Virus genome (UHGV): UHGV-0115240
Strand: one strand, 5' to 3'
Length of the DNA stretch: 59,150 nt
Source of the DNA: a virus
Shown: positions 1-10,504 of the stretch, in pieces
Layout: the number at the start of each line of letters is the position of its first letter
Position numbering within the stretch: position 1 is the stretch's first letter
Made by a program: the position numbers and the translations under genes
Notes under the pieces: generated by a model
The model's database searches: none
Told to the model about the DNA's origin: nothing
What the model saw: only the letters and a program-made list of their open reading frames with translations

Positions 1-215
1 TGCGGCGATGCTTGGGTGTGCGGCGATGCTCGGGTGTGCGGCGATGCTCGGGTGTACGGCAATGCTCAAGTGTACGGAAATGCTCTGGTGTGCGGCGATG
101 CTTGGGTGTGCGGCGATGCTCGGGTGTACGGCGATGCTCAAGTGTACGGCGATGCTCGGGTGTGCGGCGATGCTCGGGTGTACGGCGATGCTCAAGTGTA
201 CGGCAATGCGGACTA
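1..215. repeat. 18-bp coding tandem repeat (consensus TGCGGCGATGCTCGGGTG / TACGGCAATGCTCAAGTG), about 12 copies. Two further copies lie at 59110-59150.
   Basis: The 18-nt periodicity is visible directly. Each unit encodes a [C/Y]G[D/N]Axx V hexapeptide pair. Confidence 0.85.
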
Positions 216-420
216 CGCATATGCTCACGGTTTCGGATCTGTCAACCGCACAACGACTTTTTTTCGACTTAAAAACGGAAACGTAGGGGTTGTATGCGGA
301 TGTTTTCACGGTACACTTCAGGAGTTTAGAGATAAGATCCGAGAGACACATGGAGAAACAAAAAAAGCACAAGAATATTTAATGTTAGCGGACTTAATGG
401 ATTTCAGATTCAAAAATTAA
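1..420 (+). CDS. C-terminal part of a hexapeptide-repeat (left-handed beta-helix-like) protein. It continues the ORF that starts at 58971 across the window junction.
   Basis: Frame 1 is open from nt 1. It reads CGDAWV/CGDARV/YGNAQV units with an exact 6-aa period, then a non-repeat tail ...NGNVGVVCGCFHGTLQEFRDKIRETHGE. The end of the window (..DAWVYGNALV) joins in frame and in repeat register. Confidence 0.6.
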   Translation, partial: CGDAWVCGDARVCGDARVYGNAQVYGNALVCGDAWVCGDARVYGDAQVYGDARVCGDARVYGDAQVYGNADYAYAHGFGSVNRTTTFFRLKNGNVGVVCGCFHGTLQEFRDKIRETHGETKKAQEYLMLADLMDFRFKN

Positions 421-448
421 AAAAACTAACGAAAGGAGATTTGTAAAG

Positions 449-664
449 ATGATTACATGCGATAAAGGGAATGTGGAAATGAGAGGAAATTTAATATTAT
501 TAGAAGCAGAAACAATCGCGATATTAAGAGGAATAAGAAACACCCTCGAAGAATCGTGTGAAAAAAAACATGCAGAAGAATTAATGCAAAAAATATTTGA
601 ATTATCCGCAATGACGCGAGAAGAAATGAAAGAGGAAATGAAAAAATTAGCACAAGAAATATAG
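449..664 (+). CDS. Hypothetical small protein.
   Basis: 71-aa ORF with an upstream RBS (AAAGGAG). Confidence 0.4.
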   Translation: MITCDKGNVEMRGNLILLEAETIAILRGIRNTLEESCEKKHAEELMQKIFELSAMTREEMKEEMKKLAQEI

Positions 665-868
665 AGAGAAATAGCGGAACACCTAATGAAATGAACGAGG
701 AGCTTATTTTGTGGATCATCCGCTGGGAAGATCCGTACGCATTAGAGTGTAAGACAATGACCAGACTGGAAGTCGAAAAGTACGCTCAAGAAAATCAAAA
801 AAGCGCGGAGGTACATATATAATCAATTAAAAAATGTGAATAAATTAAGTAGAAAGGAAAGAAGATGT

Positions 869-2926
869 ATGAAAATAATTAAATTAAAAAGTATTCACAT
901 CCAGAATTTTAAGGGATGTGTGAACAAGTTAATTTCATTCGGCGAATTAACGAAAATATATGGCGCAAATGCAACTGGAAAGACAACGGTATTTGATGCT
1001 TTCACATGGTTGTTGTTCGGAAAAGATTCGCATGGAAGTGCAAAGTTTGATATTCGCCCATTAGATAAAGACGGAAAGATGATTGACAATCTGGAAATAT
1101 GCGTAGAAGCAATCCTTTCTGTCGATGGAGAAGAATATACCTTGAAAAAAGTTCAAAAACAAAAATTTGTGAAGAAAAGAGGGACAGGAACAACAGAGTT
1201 TCAAGGAAATGTGAATGAGTTTGAAATTAACGGTTATCCGAAGTCGGAGAAAGATTTCAAAGCATTTATTTCCGGTATGATTGACGAAAAGATTTTTAAT
1301 CTTGTCACAAATCCAGTCGCATTTACTTCTTTACCATGGAAAGAACAGAGAGAAATTTTGATGCAGTTTGTTGTAGAAAAACCGGATGCACAGATTGCAG
1401 AGGAATACGGAGAAAAGTTCTTGAAATTGATTCCGGAGCTGAAACAAGAAAAAGCAGACAGTATTATTAAAAAATACGCAAAGTCAAAAAACACATTAAA
1501 TAAGGAAATGATCGAGATTCCGGCTCGTATTGATGAAGTATCAAAACAGCTTGAAAAGGTGAATGTTTCTGAGTTAAAAATCGAAAAGCTGGCAAAAGAA
1601 GTGGCTTTGAAAAAAGTGGAAGATGAGCTTGCTTGTGGTTCGCAGAAAAATGAAGAGATTAACGGCAAGAGAGAACTGGTGATGAACCTTAAATTTAATT
1701 TAAGTGATATCAGTAATAAAGAAACAGAGATTCTGATGGAAAAGAGAAGAGGTGTGGCTTCTGAACGCAACGAAGTAGAAGAAAAACTAATGTCTTTGAA
1801 AAGACAGGCTAATTCTATTGCGGTGGATATCGAAAGCGCAGAAAAGCAAAAAGAGAGTGCGGAAACTGATAAAAAGAAATTTATAGATGAATGGAGACGT
1901 GAAAAAGCAAGCACATTTCCAGAAATGAAGCCATTCCCAGAGTATGCGCCATCTTATAAACTTACAGAAGATGACTTAACTTGTCCCACTTGCGATCGGC
2001 CTCTTCCAAAAAAAGTTCGAGAAAATCTTATTTCTGATTATGAGAGAAGAAAGAAAAATGATGAAGAGAGATATAAAAAATCGAAGGCTGAATATGAAGA
2101 ACGCTACATTTCAGATAAAGAAAAGTTTGAAAAGAACAGAGAAAACAATCTGAAATCCATTACAGAAAAAGGACAGAAAGCAGCGGATAATATCCGAGAA
2201 TATCAGAAAGCTATTAATGATAAACAACAGGAACTGGAAGCGATCAATGCAGAAATCGCAAAATGCGAAGAAAAATTAAAAGAAAAGGAAGAAATCATTG
2301 ATTCAATCCCATCCGTAGCAGATATGTCAAAAAATGCGGAATATCAGAAAATCAGCGAACAAATCATTTCTTTGGAAAATGAAATCGAAGAAATGAGCAA
2401 AGAAACGGTTGGAAAAACAGAATTAGAAGCAAAAAAAGCTGTTTTGCGTGATGAAATCTCAGATATTGTTGCGAAAATCAAATCTGCGGACAATTCAAAA
2501 GTTAAAGAGCGTATTGAAGAGTTGGAAAAAGAGAAAGCGGAAGTCGGACAGAAGATTGCAGAACAGGAACAAATGATTGATTTAACAGAAGAATTTATCA
2601 GAGAGAAAATGAATCGAATTTCTTCTGTGATTAACGAGAAGTTTAAGGTTGTATCGTTCCGATTGTTTGAAAATCAGATAAACGGTGGTTTGAAAGAATG
2701 TTGCGAATGTACGGTAAACGGCGTTCCGTATTCATCATTAAATAACGGGCATAGAATTATCGCTGGCTTAGATATTATCTCTTCTCTTTCTAAGTTGAAT
2801 GGTGTTGATTGCCCTATTTTCTTAGATAATGCAGAGTCGATTTCAAAAGATAACTTGCCTGATGTTCAGTCACAACTTATATGCATGTATGTAACAGATG
2901 ACAAGGAACTGAAAGTGGAGGTGTAA
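869..2926 (+). CDS. AAA/ABC-type ATPase of the SMC/Rad50/SbcC-like DNA-repair class.
   Basis: N-terminal Walker A GANATGKTTVFDA follows IIKLKSIHIQNFKG, which is Rad50/RecF-like. A long coiled-coil middle carries CPTCDRP (zinc-hook-like). The C-terminal ...IFLDNAES resembles a Walker B/D-loop. The start is chosen at the second Met, which has the RBS AGGAAAGAAG. Confidence 0.7.
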   Translation: MKIIKLKSIHIQNFKGCVNKLISFGELTKIYGANATGKTTVFDAFTWLLFGKDSHGSAKFDIRPLDKDGKMIDNLEICVEAILSVDGEEYTLKKVQKQKFVKKRGTGTTEFQGNVNEFEINGYPKSEKDFKAFISGMIDEKIFNLVTNPVAFTSLPWKEQREILMQFVVEKPDAQIAEEYGEKFLKLIPELKQEKADSIIKKYAKSKNTLNKEMIEIPARIDEVSKQLEKVNVSELKIEKLAKEVALKKVEDELACGSQKNEEINGKRELVMNLKFNLSDISNKETEILMEKRRGVASERNEVEEKLMSLKRQANSIAVDIESAEKQKESAETDKKKFIDEWRREKASTFPEMKPFPEYAPSYKLTEDDLTCPTCDRPLPKKVRENLISDYERRKKNDEERYKKSKAEYEERYISDKEKFEKNRENNLKSITEKGQKAADNIREYQKAINDKQQELEAINAEIAKCEEKLKEKEEIIDSIPSVADMSKNAEYQKISEQIISLENEIEEMSKETVGKTELEAKKAVLRDEISDIVAKIKSADNSKVKERIEELEKEKAEVGQKIAEQEQMIDLTEEFIREKMNRISSVINEKFKVVSFRLFENQINGGLKECCECTVNGVPYSSLNNGHRIIAGLDIISSLSKLNGVDCPIFLDNAESISKDNLPDVQSQLICMYVTDDKELKVEV

Positions 2927-2927
2927 C

Positions 2928-3350
2928 ATGGCGATGCCCAAATTAGAAAAGCAATTTGAATACAAAGGATTTCCATGCGTAATTCTGTTTATGCCAACTG
3001 GCTATCGTTGCGGATATGTAGGGATTCCGAAAGAAGTGAAAATTGATATAGATAATATTGGTTGTCACGGAGGTATTACATATAATAGCGACCATTTATA
3101 TCATCAGGAACGGAAAGATTTGTTCTGGGTAGGTTTTGATTGCGCACATTGTTTTGATGGGTACGATGTGGAGGCAGCTAAAAAATTGTTCGCAGATGAA
3201 ACGGAAGTTATGAATCAGATAGATTTATTGGAAAGCACAGGATATTTCTCTGTTTGCAATGAGGATAATCCCATTCGGACTCTTGATTATTGCGAGGAAG
3301 AATGTAAAAAAATCGTAAATCAAGTTGTAGAAAGGATGGAATGTAAATGA
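2928..3350 (+). CDS. Hypothetical protein.
   Basis: 140-aa ORF that abuts the ATPase stop (TAACATGG). Confidence 0.4.
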   Translation: MAMPKLEKQFEYKGFPCVILFMPTGYRCGYVGIPKEVKIDIDNIGCHGGITYNSDHLYHQERKDLFWVGFDCAHCFDGYDVEAAKKLFADETEVMNQIDLLESTGYFSVCNEDNPIRTLDYCEEECKKIVNQVVERMECK

Positions 3351-3550
3351 TCGCAATTAAAGCACGATACTTAAAACATGGAGAGCCTATCGGAAAAGAC
3401 TATGTTTTTGCTTGCAATTTCATTCCGAAACTTGGGGATGTTGTAAAAGCCGGGAAAGCAAAGGCAGTTGTGACAGAAGTAGATACATCCGATGGTGCAG
3501 TTTATAAGTACGATGGAAAATTGAGAGTAGCAGAAGAAATGGAGGATTAA
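3347..3550 (+). CDS. Hypothetical small protein.
   Basis: 67-aa ORF with overlapping stop/start. Confidence 0.35.
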   Translation: MIAIKARYLKHGEPIGKDYVFACNFIPKLGDVVKAGKAKAVVTEVDTSDGAVYKYDGKLRVAEEMED

Positions 3551-3763
3551 ATGTCAGAAGAAATCAAAGAATACATGATATTCCTTATGGAATTATTGAA
3601 AGAAAGTATGAAAAAAGAGGGGGCTATTTTTGCGGTCTTAGTTAATCAAGAAGATATTGACAATTCAAGCATCTGCATTTTAGACAGAGAGAGGTTTGTT
3701 AAAGATGGGAAAATTGATGGAATAAAATTCCAATTATGTGAATTGAACAAAGGATTATTGTAG
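3551..3763 (+). CDS. Hypothetical small protein.
   Basis: 70-aa ORF in tightly packed gene order. Confidence 0.35.
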   Translation: MSEEIKEYMIFLMELLKESMKKEGAIFAVLVNQEDIDNSSICILDRERFVKDGKIDGIKFQLCELNKGLL

Positions 3764-3775
3764 GAGGAATATCAC

Positions 3776-4090
3776 GTGAAACAAAACCCGTGTAGATATT
3801 GCGCATTATCTTATGAGAGGAACGGAAAACATTATCGTTCATACAGAAATGAGTGTTATGAATGTGAGAATTTTAGAAAGCACCAAGAATATTTAAAGTC
3901 GAAAAGGAAATTTTTGGTTGGAGAAAAAATTACGAGCTTTCAAGAATTGATGGAGCAGACATGGATATTTTGGGGAAACAGAGATAAGTCAATGCACATC
4001 GAAGTGGTAAAAAGTTTACAGTTAAGAATTGTTATAAACAATTTGGAAAAAGGGAAGTTTTATAGGGCTATTAGAAAAATGGAGGAATAA
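3776..4090 (+). CDS. Cys-rich zinc-finger-like small protein.
   Basis: CRYC...CYEC motif pair. RBS GGAGGAA upstream. Confidence 0.4.
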   Translation: MKQNPCRYCALSYERNGKHYRSYRNECYECENFRKHQEYLKSKRKFLVGEKITSFQELMEQTWIFWGNRDKSMHIEVVKSLQLRIVINNLEKGKFYRAIRKMEE

Positions 4091-4093
4091 ATT

Positions 4094-4909
4094 ATGTCAG
4101 AGAATACACAGGTAGTAACACAGAATGCAGGAACGGTAGCACAGAAACCAAAGACATTTGATATGGCTTTAATGGAGAAACTGGATAGCGTGAATGACGC
4201 ACTTCCGAAAGATTTTAATAAACAGAGATTCGTGCAGAATACTCTTGCGCTGATCCACGATAACCCAAAACTCATGGAGTATAAGCAGTCGGAGATTATG
4301 TCCGGCTTGATGAAAGGTGCTACGCTGGGCTTGGACTTCTTCAACAAAGAAGCATACCTCGTTCCATATGGAAGCCAGTTGAATTATCAGACGGATTATC
4401 GTGGAGCAAAGAAACTCGCAAAAAAGTATTCTATCCGTCCAATCAAGGATATTTACGCAAAACTTGTTCGTGAAGGTGATGAATTCGAAGAAGTTATCGA
4501 AAACGGAGAGCAGGGAATCAACTTCAAACCAAAGGCTTTTAATGATGGAAAGATTATTGGCGCATTTGCAGTGTGCTTATTCGCCGATGGGGGAATGGTA
4601 TACGACACAATGAGCCTTGCAGACTTGGAGAACACAAGAAAATCCAGTAAGGCGAGCAATTCTCCGGCTTGGAAGAATTTCACCGGGGAAATGTATAAAA
4701 AGACAGTGCTGCATAGACTTTGCAAACATATTGAACTTGATTTTGAGAATCCGACTCAGCAGAGTAACTTTATGGCTGGAATGGAAATTGAAACAGATGT
4801 AAGCGAGATTGCACACAGAGAAATCGCAGAAAACGAAAATTCACAGCCATTTGAAGTTGTGGCAGACGTGGAAGCGAAAGAAGAACCAAGTTTCGTGACG
4901 GAGGGATAA
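4094..4909 (+). CDS. recT: RecT-family single-strand annealing recombinase.
   Basis: Segments align with E. coli RecT: GLDFFNKEAYLVPYG, DYRGAKKLAKK, AKLVREGDEFEEV and WKNFTGEMYKKTVLHRL. Confidence 0.9.
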   Translation: MSENTQVVTQNAGTVAQKPKTFDMALMEKLDSVNDALPKDFNKQRFVQNTLALIHDNPKLMEYKQSEIMSGLMKGATLGLDFFNKEAYLVPYGSQLNYQTDYRGAKKLAKKYSIRPIKDIYAKLVREGDEFEEVIENGEQGINFKPKAFNDGKIIGAFAVCLFADGGMVYDTMSLADLENTRKSSKASNSPAWKNFTGEMYKKTVLHRLCKHIELDFENPTQQSNFMAGMEIETDVSEIAHREIAENENSQPFEVVADVEAKEEPSFVTEG

Positions 4910-5091
4910 AGAAGTGAAAGACAGATTAACAACGGAAGAATTATCCGGCGGAAATCATTGTTGCGGCACTTGTCTTTGGTTTAATGGAGATATTAAAGAC
5001 GGAGAACAATTCTGCGATGAACTTGAAACATATGTACACGCTATTGATTTTTGCTGCAATAAGTGGAAAGAAAAATATTAAGGAGATCAAC

Positions 5092-5461
5092 TATGAGAAT
5101 TATATCACAGGATGGAATGCAAGATATTCCGTATGAGAAATTTGTATTTTCAATTACAAAAGACAACAGGATTGTAGCAACGATAGGTTGCACTGCTCCT
5201 CCAACAGAATTGTATATGTCATCAGTTGCAAAATATTCTATACAAGAAAAAGCCATGAAAGCAATGGAAATGTTGAGAAGTGCTTATACAGGGATGCCAG
5301 TTGTTTTTCAAAATATAGAACCTTCAGAAAAGTTTAGGGAATTACTTGAAATAACAAAAACGAACGGAATTATCACAATCACAGATGATAAAAAGTCGAA
5401 AATCGAATATGTCAATAATGTGATTTTTCAGTTTCCGAAAGATGAAGATGTGGAGGTATAG
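5092..5461 (+). CDS. Hypothetical protein.
   Basis: ORF; the start is set at the internal Met that follows AAGGAG. Confidence 0.35.
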
Positions 5462-5464
5462 TAT

Positions 5465-5785
5465 ATGAAATTACATTTTTACATTTTGAAAGGACTATAC
5501 GGAAGTAATCCAAAACTCACATATTCTGAATGTGAAGTGGACGAAAAGCCAAAAACTTATAAACCGATAAGCAGATTCCCGGACGGATATTTTAGTTCGT
5601 TCGTTAAAAAAGAAGATGTTGCGAGTTTAATCGGAAGAAACGTAGTTGTCTTAGAAGAAAAAGATGATAAGAAAGCAAAAGAAATATTTGCACATTATTT
5701 TGATCGAGCCATTGATCTTAAGAAAAGTGAAATAGATAACTTGGAAAAAAAGTTAAAAGCTATTAACGAATTTGGGGATGTATAG
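5465..5785 (+). CDS. Hypothetical protein.
   Basis: 106-aa ORF. Confidence 0.35.
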   Translation: MKLHFYILKGLYGSNPKLTYSECEVDEKPKTYKPISRFPDGYFSSFVKKEDVASLIGRNVVVLEEKDDKKAKEIFAHYFDRAIDLKKSEIDNLEKKLKAINEFGDV

Positions 5786-5786
5786 C

Positions 5787-6085
5787 ATGGACGAAGCAGA
5801 GAAAATAAAGATTATTGCCGAACATTACGGATATGACTCGCAAAGCAGACAGTGCATTGAAGAGATGGCGGAATTGACACAGGCGATCAATAAGTGGTGG
5901 AGAGTTTGCGGAAACGGTCAAAGGACTGAGAAAAGTATTGCAGAGTGCAGAGACAATTTGGTTGAAGAAATTGCGGATGTGCAGATTATGTTATGGCAGA
6001 TGGAATACCTGCTTCTTTCTACACCGGAAGTAAATCAGATGATTACACAGAAATTGAACAGGCAGTTGGAAAGGATTAAGAGAGA

Positions 6086-6089
<4 letters not shown>
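5787..6089 (+). CDS. MazG-like nucleotide pyrophosphohydrolase domain protein.
   Basis: Paired EE motifs, EEMAELTQAI and EEIADVQIML, at the spacing typical of a MazG/NTP-PPase four-helix bundle. Confidence 0.5.
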
Positions 6090-7006
<917 letters not shown>

Positions 7007-7102
7007 AAACATTGGAAGAAAAACAGATACGGCAACTTGTTTACTTACTAGAGATTACAAAGGATACGGAAAGTTGCAGTTTGGGAATGGAGTAGTAGAG
7101 CA

Positions 7103-8278
7103 ATGGAAGAAATCTTAGGAAGTATTTATTGCAATAATAGTGATAAATTCGGAACTAGGCTTATGAAGAATGCGTTTAGAACAATCAAAGCTGAAAAAAA
7201 TGATTTAGTGGTGGTTTTTATGGAAGTAAAAATTATAGGTCAAATGGACAATACATTGGACCATACATTTGAAAGTGCTAATAGGATATACGATAAAAAC
7301 GGATTATCGCCAACGATAAACACTTGTGATGGAGATGGATTGCAACCAAAAGTTATCGACAAGCCAAAGCAACTAGGATTTATGGACAATGGAACGGGAA
7401 AACATCAATCAAATACTGTGTATGACGAAAAAGGAATTTGCCCTAACATTACAACGATAGAGGGTGGCGGAACACAACAAATTAAAATCGCAACAGCAGA
7501 TGTAATTAGAATGGTCCGTACAGAAGAAGGTAAAAAATTTAGAAAACAATATGAAAATCATGAAATCCAACATGGTTTTAATGAATTTAGAGAGCCTGCG
7601 TTCAGAAAAGATGGGTGTTCAAACACTTTAACATCCGTTCAGAAAGATAATATGGTGTGTGTTGCTATGCGTGGTAGAAATCCAGAGAATCCATTAGACA
7701 GAACGTCAGGAATACATACAGAGCAACGCTTGGAAGTAAATAAAAACGGAACAATCAATACGCTTACAAGTGTACAGAAAGACAATCTAGTAATGGAAAC
7801 TGTAAAAATTAAACAAGCAACAAAAGAGGGATATATCGAATGCGAAGTTGGAGGGGTTGCCGATCTGTCTTACCCAAACAGTAAAACAAGAAGAGGAAGA
7901 GTTCAAGATAGTGGAAATGTTCGTCCTACTTTAACAGCACAGAATCAAGATATTTGTAAAATCGGACAAATTTCTAGTGATAAAAGTCAATACGGTACAG
8001 TTATTTCAGATGATGGGTTAAGTTCAACTCTTCAAGCAGGAACGCATGGTTATGCCAATAATTGCATTGCTACACAATATAGAATACGAAAGCTAACTCC
8101 GAGAGAATGTTGGAGGTTGATGGATTTTAAAGATTCTGACTTTGAAAAAGCACAAGAAGTAAATTCAAATACTCAATTATATAAGCAAGCTGGTAATTCT
8201 ATAGTTAAGAATGTTCTAGTTGCAATATTCGGTCAGATGATCGATGGAAAGGAAAATGTTTATAAGGAGGTGGTCTAA
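7103..8278 (+). CDS. C5-methyltransferase C-terminal portion. It has several target-recognition-domain-like segments followed by motifs IX and X, in the manner of the multispecific phage MTases.
   Basis: Reiterated TRD-like T(L/I)T cores: SPTINTCDG, SNTLTSVQKDN (twice), RPTLTAQNQD and SSTLQAGTHGY. Then RKLTPRECWRLMDF (motif IX) and QAGNSIVKNV (motif X). The frame matches the N-terminal ORF, but two stops separate them. Confidence 0.8.
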   Translation: MEEILGSIYCNNSDKFGTRLMKNAFRTIKAEKNDLVVVFMEVKIIGQMDNTLDHTFESANRIYDKNGLSPTINTCDGDGLQPKVIDKPKQLGFMDNGTGKHQSNTVYDEKGICPNITTIEGGGTQQIKIATADVIRMVRTEEGKKFRKQYENHEIQHGFNEFREPAFRKDGCSNTLTSVQKDNMVCVAMRGRNPENPLDRTSGIHTEQRLEVNKNGTINTLTSVQKDNLVMETVKIKQATKEGYIECEVGGVADLSYPNSKTRRGRVQDSGNVRPTLTAQNQDICKIGQISSDKSQYGTVISDDGLSSTLQAGTHGYANNCIATQYRIRKLTPRECWRLMDFKDSDFEKAQEVNSNTQLYKQAGNSIVKNVLVAIFGQMIDGKENVYKEVV

Positions 8279-9021
8279 TGCTTATGAAATGTATAAATTC
8301 CGGCAGCAGTGGTAATGGATATGCACTGATTTCAGATGATGAAATTCTTCTTATAGAGTGTGGAGTTCCGGCGAAAGAAATGTTGCGTGCTATTGATTAT
8401 CAGACAGGAAAAGTTGCCGGATGCCTTATCTCTCATGAGCATGGTTAAGGAGACCATGCAAAGTATATCAAACAGTACATGAAATACGGTATCAAGTGTT
8501 ACGCCTCTGATGAGGTACAAGAACGTATCGAAACAATCTACGGTGAAAAGACGGTTGGAATGAATCGTATGCGTGTTACAAAAATAGGTTCGTTCCATGT
8601 AGTTCCGTTTCAGTCACCGCATAATGGAACAGAGTGTGATGGTTTCTTGATTAAACAAGAAAAAACAGGTTGCTTGCTATTTATTACAGATGCGGAATAT
8701 TGCAAATACGATTTCTCAAAAAGTGGTATCACCCATGCAATGGTTGAGTGTAATTATTCCGAGGATTATTTGGACGTAGAAGAAAATCAAGGAAAATCAA
8801 ATCATGTACTTCAAGGTCACTTAGAGTTGCAAACTTGTAAAAGGCTCATACAGACGATTAATAGTCAAATGCTAAGAAGCGTAGGCTTACTACATTTAAG
8901 TTCACAGAATGGCAATCCAAAGCGTTTCAGAGAAGAAATAGCAGAATTAGTTGATTGTGATGTGGATGTATGGGTGGCAGAAAAAGGTATAGAAAGGGAA
9001 TTACGGTTAGAACCGTTTTGA
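8278..9021 (+). pseudogene. MBL-fold metallo-hydrolase gene interrupted by an in-frame TAA inside its HxHxDH motif.
   Basis: Reads ...CLISHEHG*GDHAKY... Removing the 6 bp GTTAAG would restore SHEHGDH. The same frame continues to 9021. Confidence 0.6.
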
Positions 9022-9030
9022 GGAAGAAAT

Positions 9031-9189
9031 ATGGAAGTTTTGTATGTATTATTTATCATTTCTTTTTTAGTATGGGTTGGGTGTTTGGTTTATTCAATGG
9101 TAACAAAAAATAGCACTCCTATGTTGGTTTCTTGCTTAATAATGAATTCTATTGCAATATTAATTAATTTAATAAATTTAATGGGGTGA
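9031..9189 (+). CDS. Small hydrophobic membrane peptide (52 aa).
   Basis: RBS GAGGAAG sits 4 nt upstream. The sequence MEVLYVLFIISFLVWVGCLVY... suggests two TM segments. Confidence 0.4.
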   Translation: MEVLYVLFIISFLVWVGCLVYSMVTKNSTPMLVSCLIMNSIAILINLINLMG

Positions 9190-9195
9190 AAATTC

Positions 9196-9417
9196 ATGAA
9201 AGAAACATTAAAAGTAAAAGACATTTTATCAAATTGCGAAGAAAGAGCGAAGAAATGTAGAGGGTTAGCAGATAAAGCGGTTGAGAATGTCGGACACGGA
9301 GAAAGTGAAGAATCAGCGATCGGTGCTTGTGCATTCTTTATGCAAGAACAAAGAATGTATCGGCAGATTATACCGGACATTATAAAAGAATTAGCAGAAA
9401 GCGAGGACAAGGAATGA
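9196..9417 (+). CDS. Hypothetical small protein.
   Basis: 73-aa ORF with RBS GGGGTGA. Confidence 0.35.
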   Translation: MKETLKVKDILSNCEERAKKCRGLADKAVENVGHGESEESAIGACAFFMQEQRMYRQIIPDIIKELAESEDKE

Positions 9418-9854
9418 ATAGTATCGTAATTGTGGGACGCGCGGTCAGAGACGCGGAAGTTAGATATTCCACTGGTGAAAAATCGACAGCATTTGGAAAT
9501 TACACTCTTGCAGTTGATAGACCGTACAAAAAAGACGGAGATAAAGAAACAGATTTTATCATGTGCAAGGTAGTTGGGAAAACTGCTGAATTTGCAGAAA
9601 AGTATATCACAAAAGGTGTGAAGATGATCGTTCGTGGTCGCATGCAGATTGATAACTACACAGACAGGTACGGAAACAAAAGACAATCAGCGTATGTTTC
9701 CGTTGAGCAACAGGAATTTGCAGAAAGCAAAAATGCGAATCAGCAGAATAACAATGTGCAGGCTGGTCCGTCACCTTTTGGTAATATGCCTACCGATTCG
9801 GAGGGGTTCATGAACATTCCTGATGGAATAGACGAAGAATTACCATTTAATTAA
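9414..9854 (+). CDS. ssb: Single-stranded DNA-binding protein.
   Basis: OB-fold signature IVGRAVRDAEVRYS...FTLAVDR...ADFIMCKVVGKTAE, and an acidic C-terminal tail DEELPF. Confidence 0.9.
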   Translation: MNSIVIVGRAVRDAEVRYSTGEKSTAFGNYTLAVDRPYKKDGDKETDFIMCKVVGKTAEFAEKYITKGVKMIVRGRMQIDNYTDRYGNKRQSAYVSVEQQEFAESKNANQQNNNVQAGPSPFGNMPTDSEGFMNIPDGIDEELPFN

Positions 9855-9873
9855 AAGAAGGCGGTGACAAAGA

Positions 9874-10461
9874 TTGAGTTATCAAAACTTTAGACAAATA
9901 AAGGCTATTGAGCAAAAGAATAAACAACGGTTGCTTGAGGTTAATTCGAGGTTAGATGATGAAAGTGGAATTTACTTTCTGACAAGAGAAGATGAAAACG
10001 GTTTCCGGTACGCTTACATCGGACAGGCAGTGCACATTTTGACTAGACTTGCGCAACACCTTGTCGGTTATCAGCATATTGATTTGTCGCTGAAAAAGCA
10101 TGGTTTGTATTCAGAAGAGAATCCGTATGGGTGGAAGGTTAATTTTAGAAACTATACAACAAATTTGCTTGATAAAATGGAGCAGTTATGGATTAAGCAG
10201 TATGCGGATAAAGGTTATCAGTTGCGAAACAAAACTTCCGGGAGCCAAGGCGAGGGAAAGACACAGATCGCGGATTATCGACCGCAAAAAGGGTATAGGG
10301 ATGGTATAAAACAGGGAAGAATCAACCTTGCTAGGGAATTATCGTCTATCGCAGAAAAGCATCTTAAAATCGAAATTAGAGATGATAAGAAGAATAACAA
10401 GATTTCGCAGCGACAGTTTGAGAAGTTTAAGGAACTGTTGAGTGAAGAAAAAAGCGTTTGA
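9874..10461 (+). CDS. GIY-YIG family nuclease, homing-endonuclease-like.
   Basis: GIYFLT...YAYIGQA...R...H motif spacing. Confidence 0.7.
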   Translation: MSYQNFRQIKAIEQKNKQRLLEVNSRLDDESGIYFLTREDENGFRYAYIGQAVHILTRLAQHLVGYQHIDLSLKKHGLYSEENPYGWKVNFRNYTTNLLDKMEQLWIKQYADKGYQLRNKTSGSQGEGKTQIADYRPQKGYRDGIKQGRINLARELSSIAEKHLKIEIRDDKKNNKISQRQFEKFKELLSEEKSV

Positions 10462-10504
10462 TTAAGAATGCAGAACTTGAAGAACAAAGAATTGAGGTCT
10501 CGGT

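Noticed and set aside
1234-1914. 226-aa minus-strand ORF inside the ATPase gene.
   Set aside because: It is antisense to a K/E-rich coiled-coil coding region. Its low-complexity S/F/L-rich translation is typical of a reverse-frame artefact, and it has no RBS.
9090-9686. 198-aa minus-strand ORF overlapping ssb and small plus-strand genes.
   Set aside because: It is antisense to the well-supported SSB gene, with no RBS and a hydrophobic junk-like composition.
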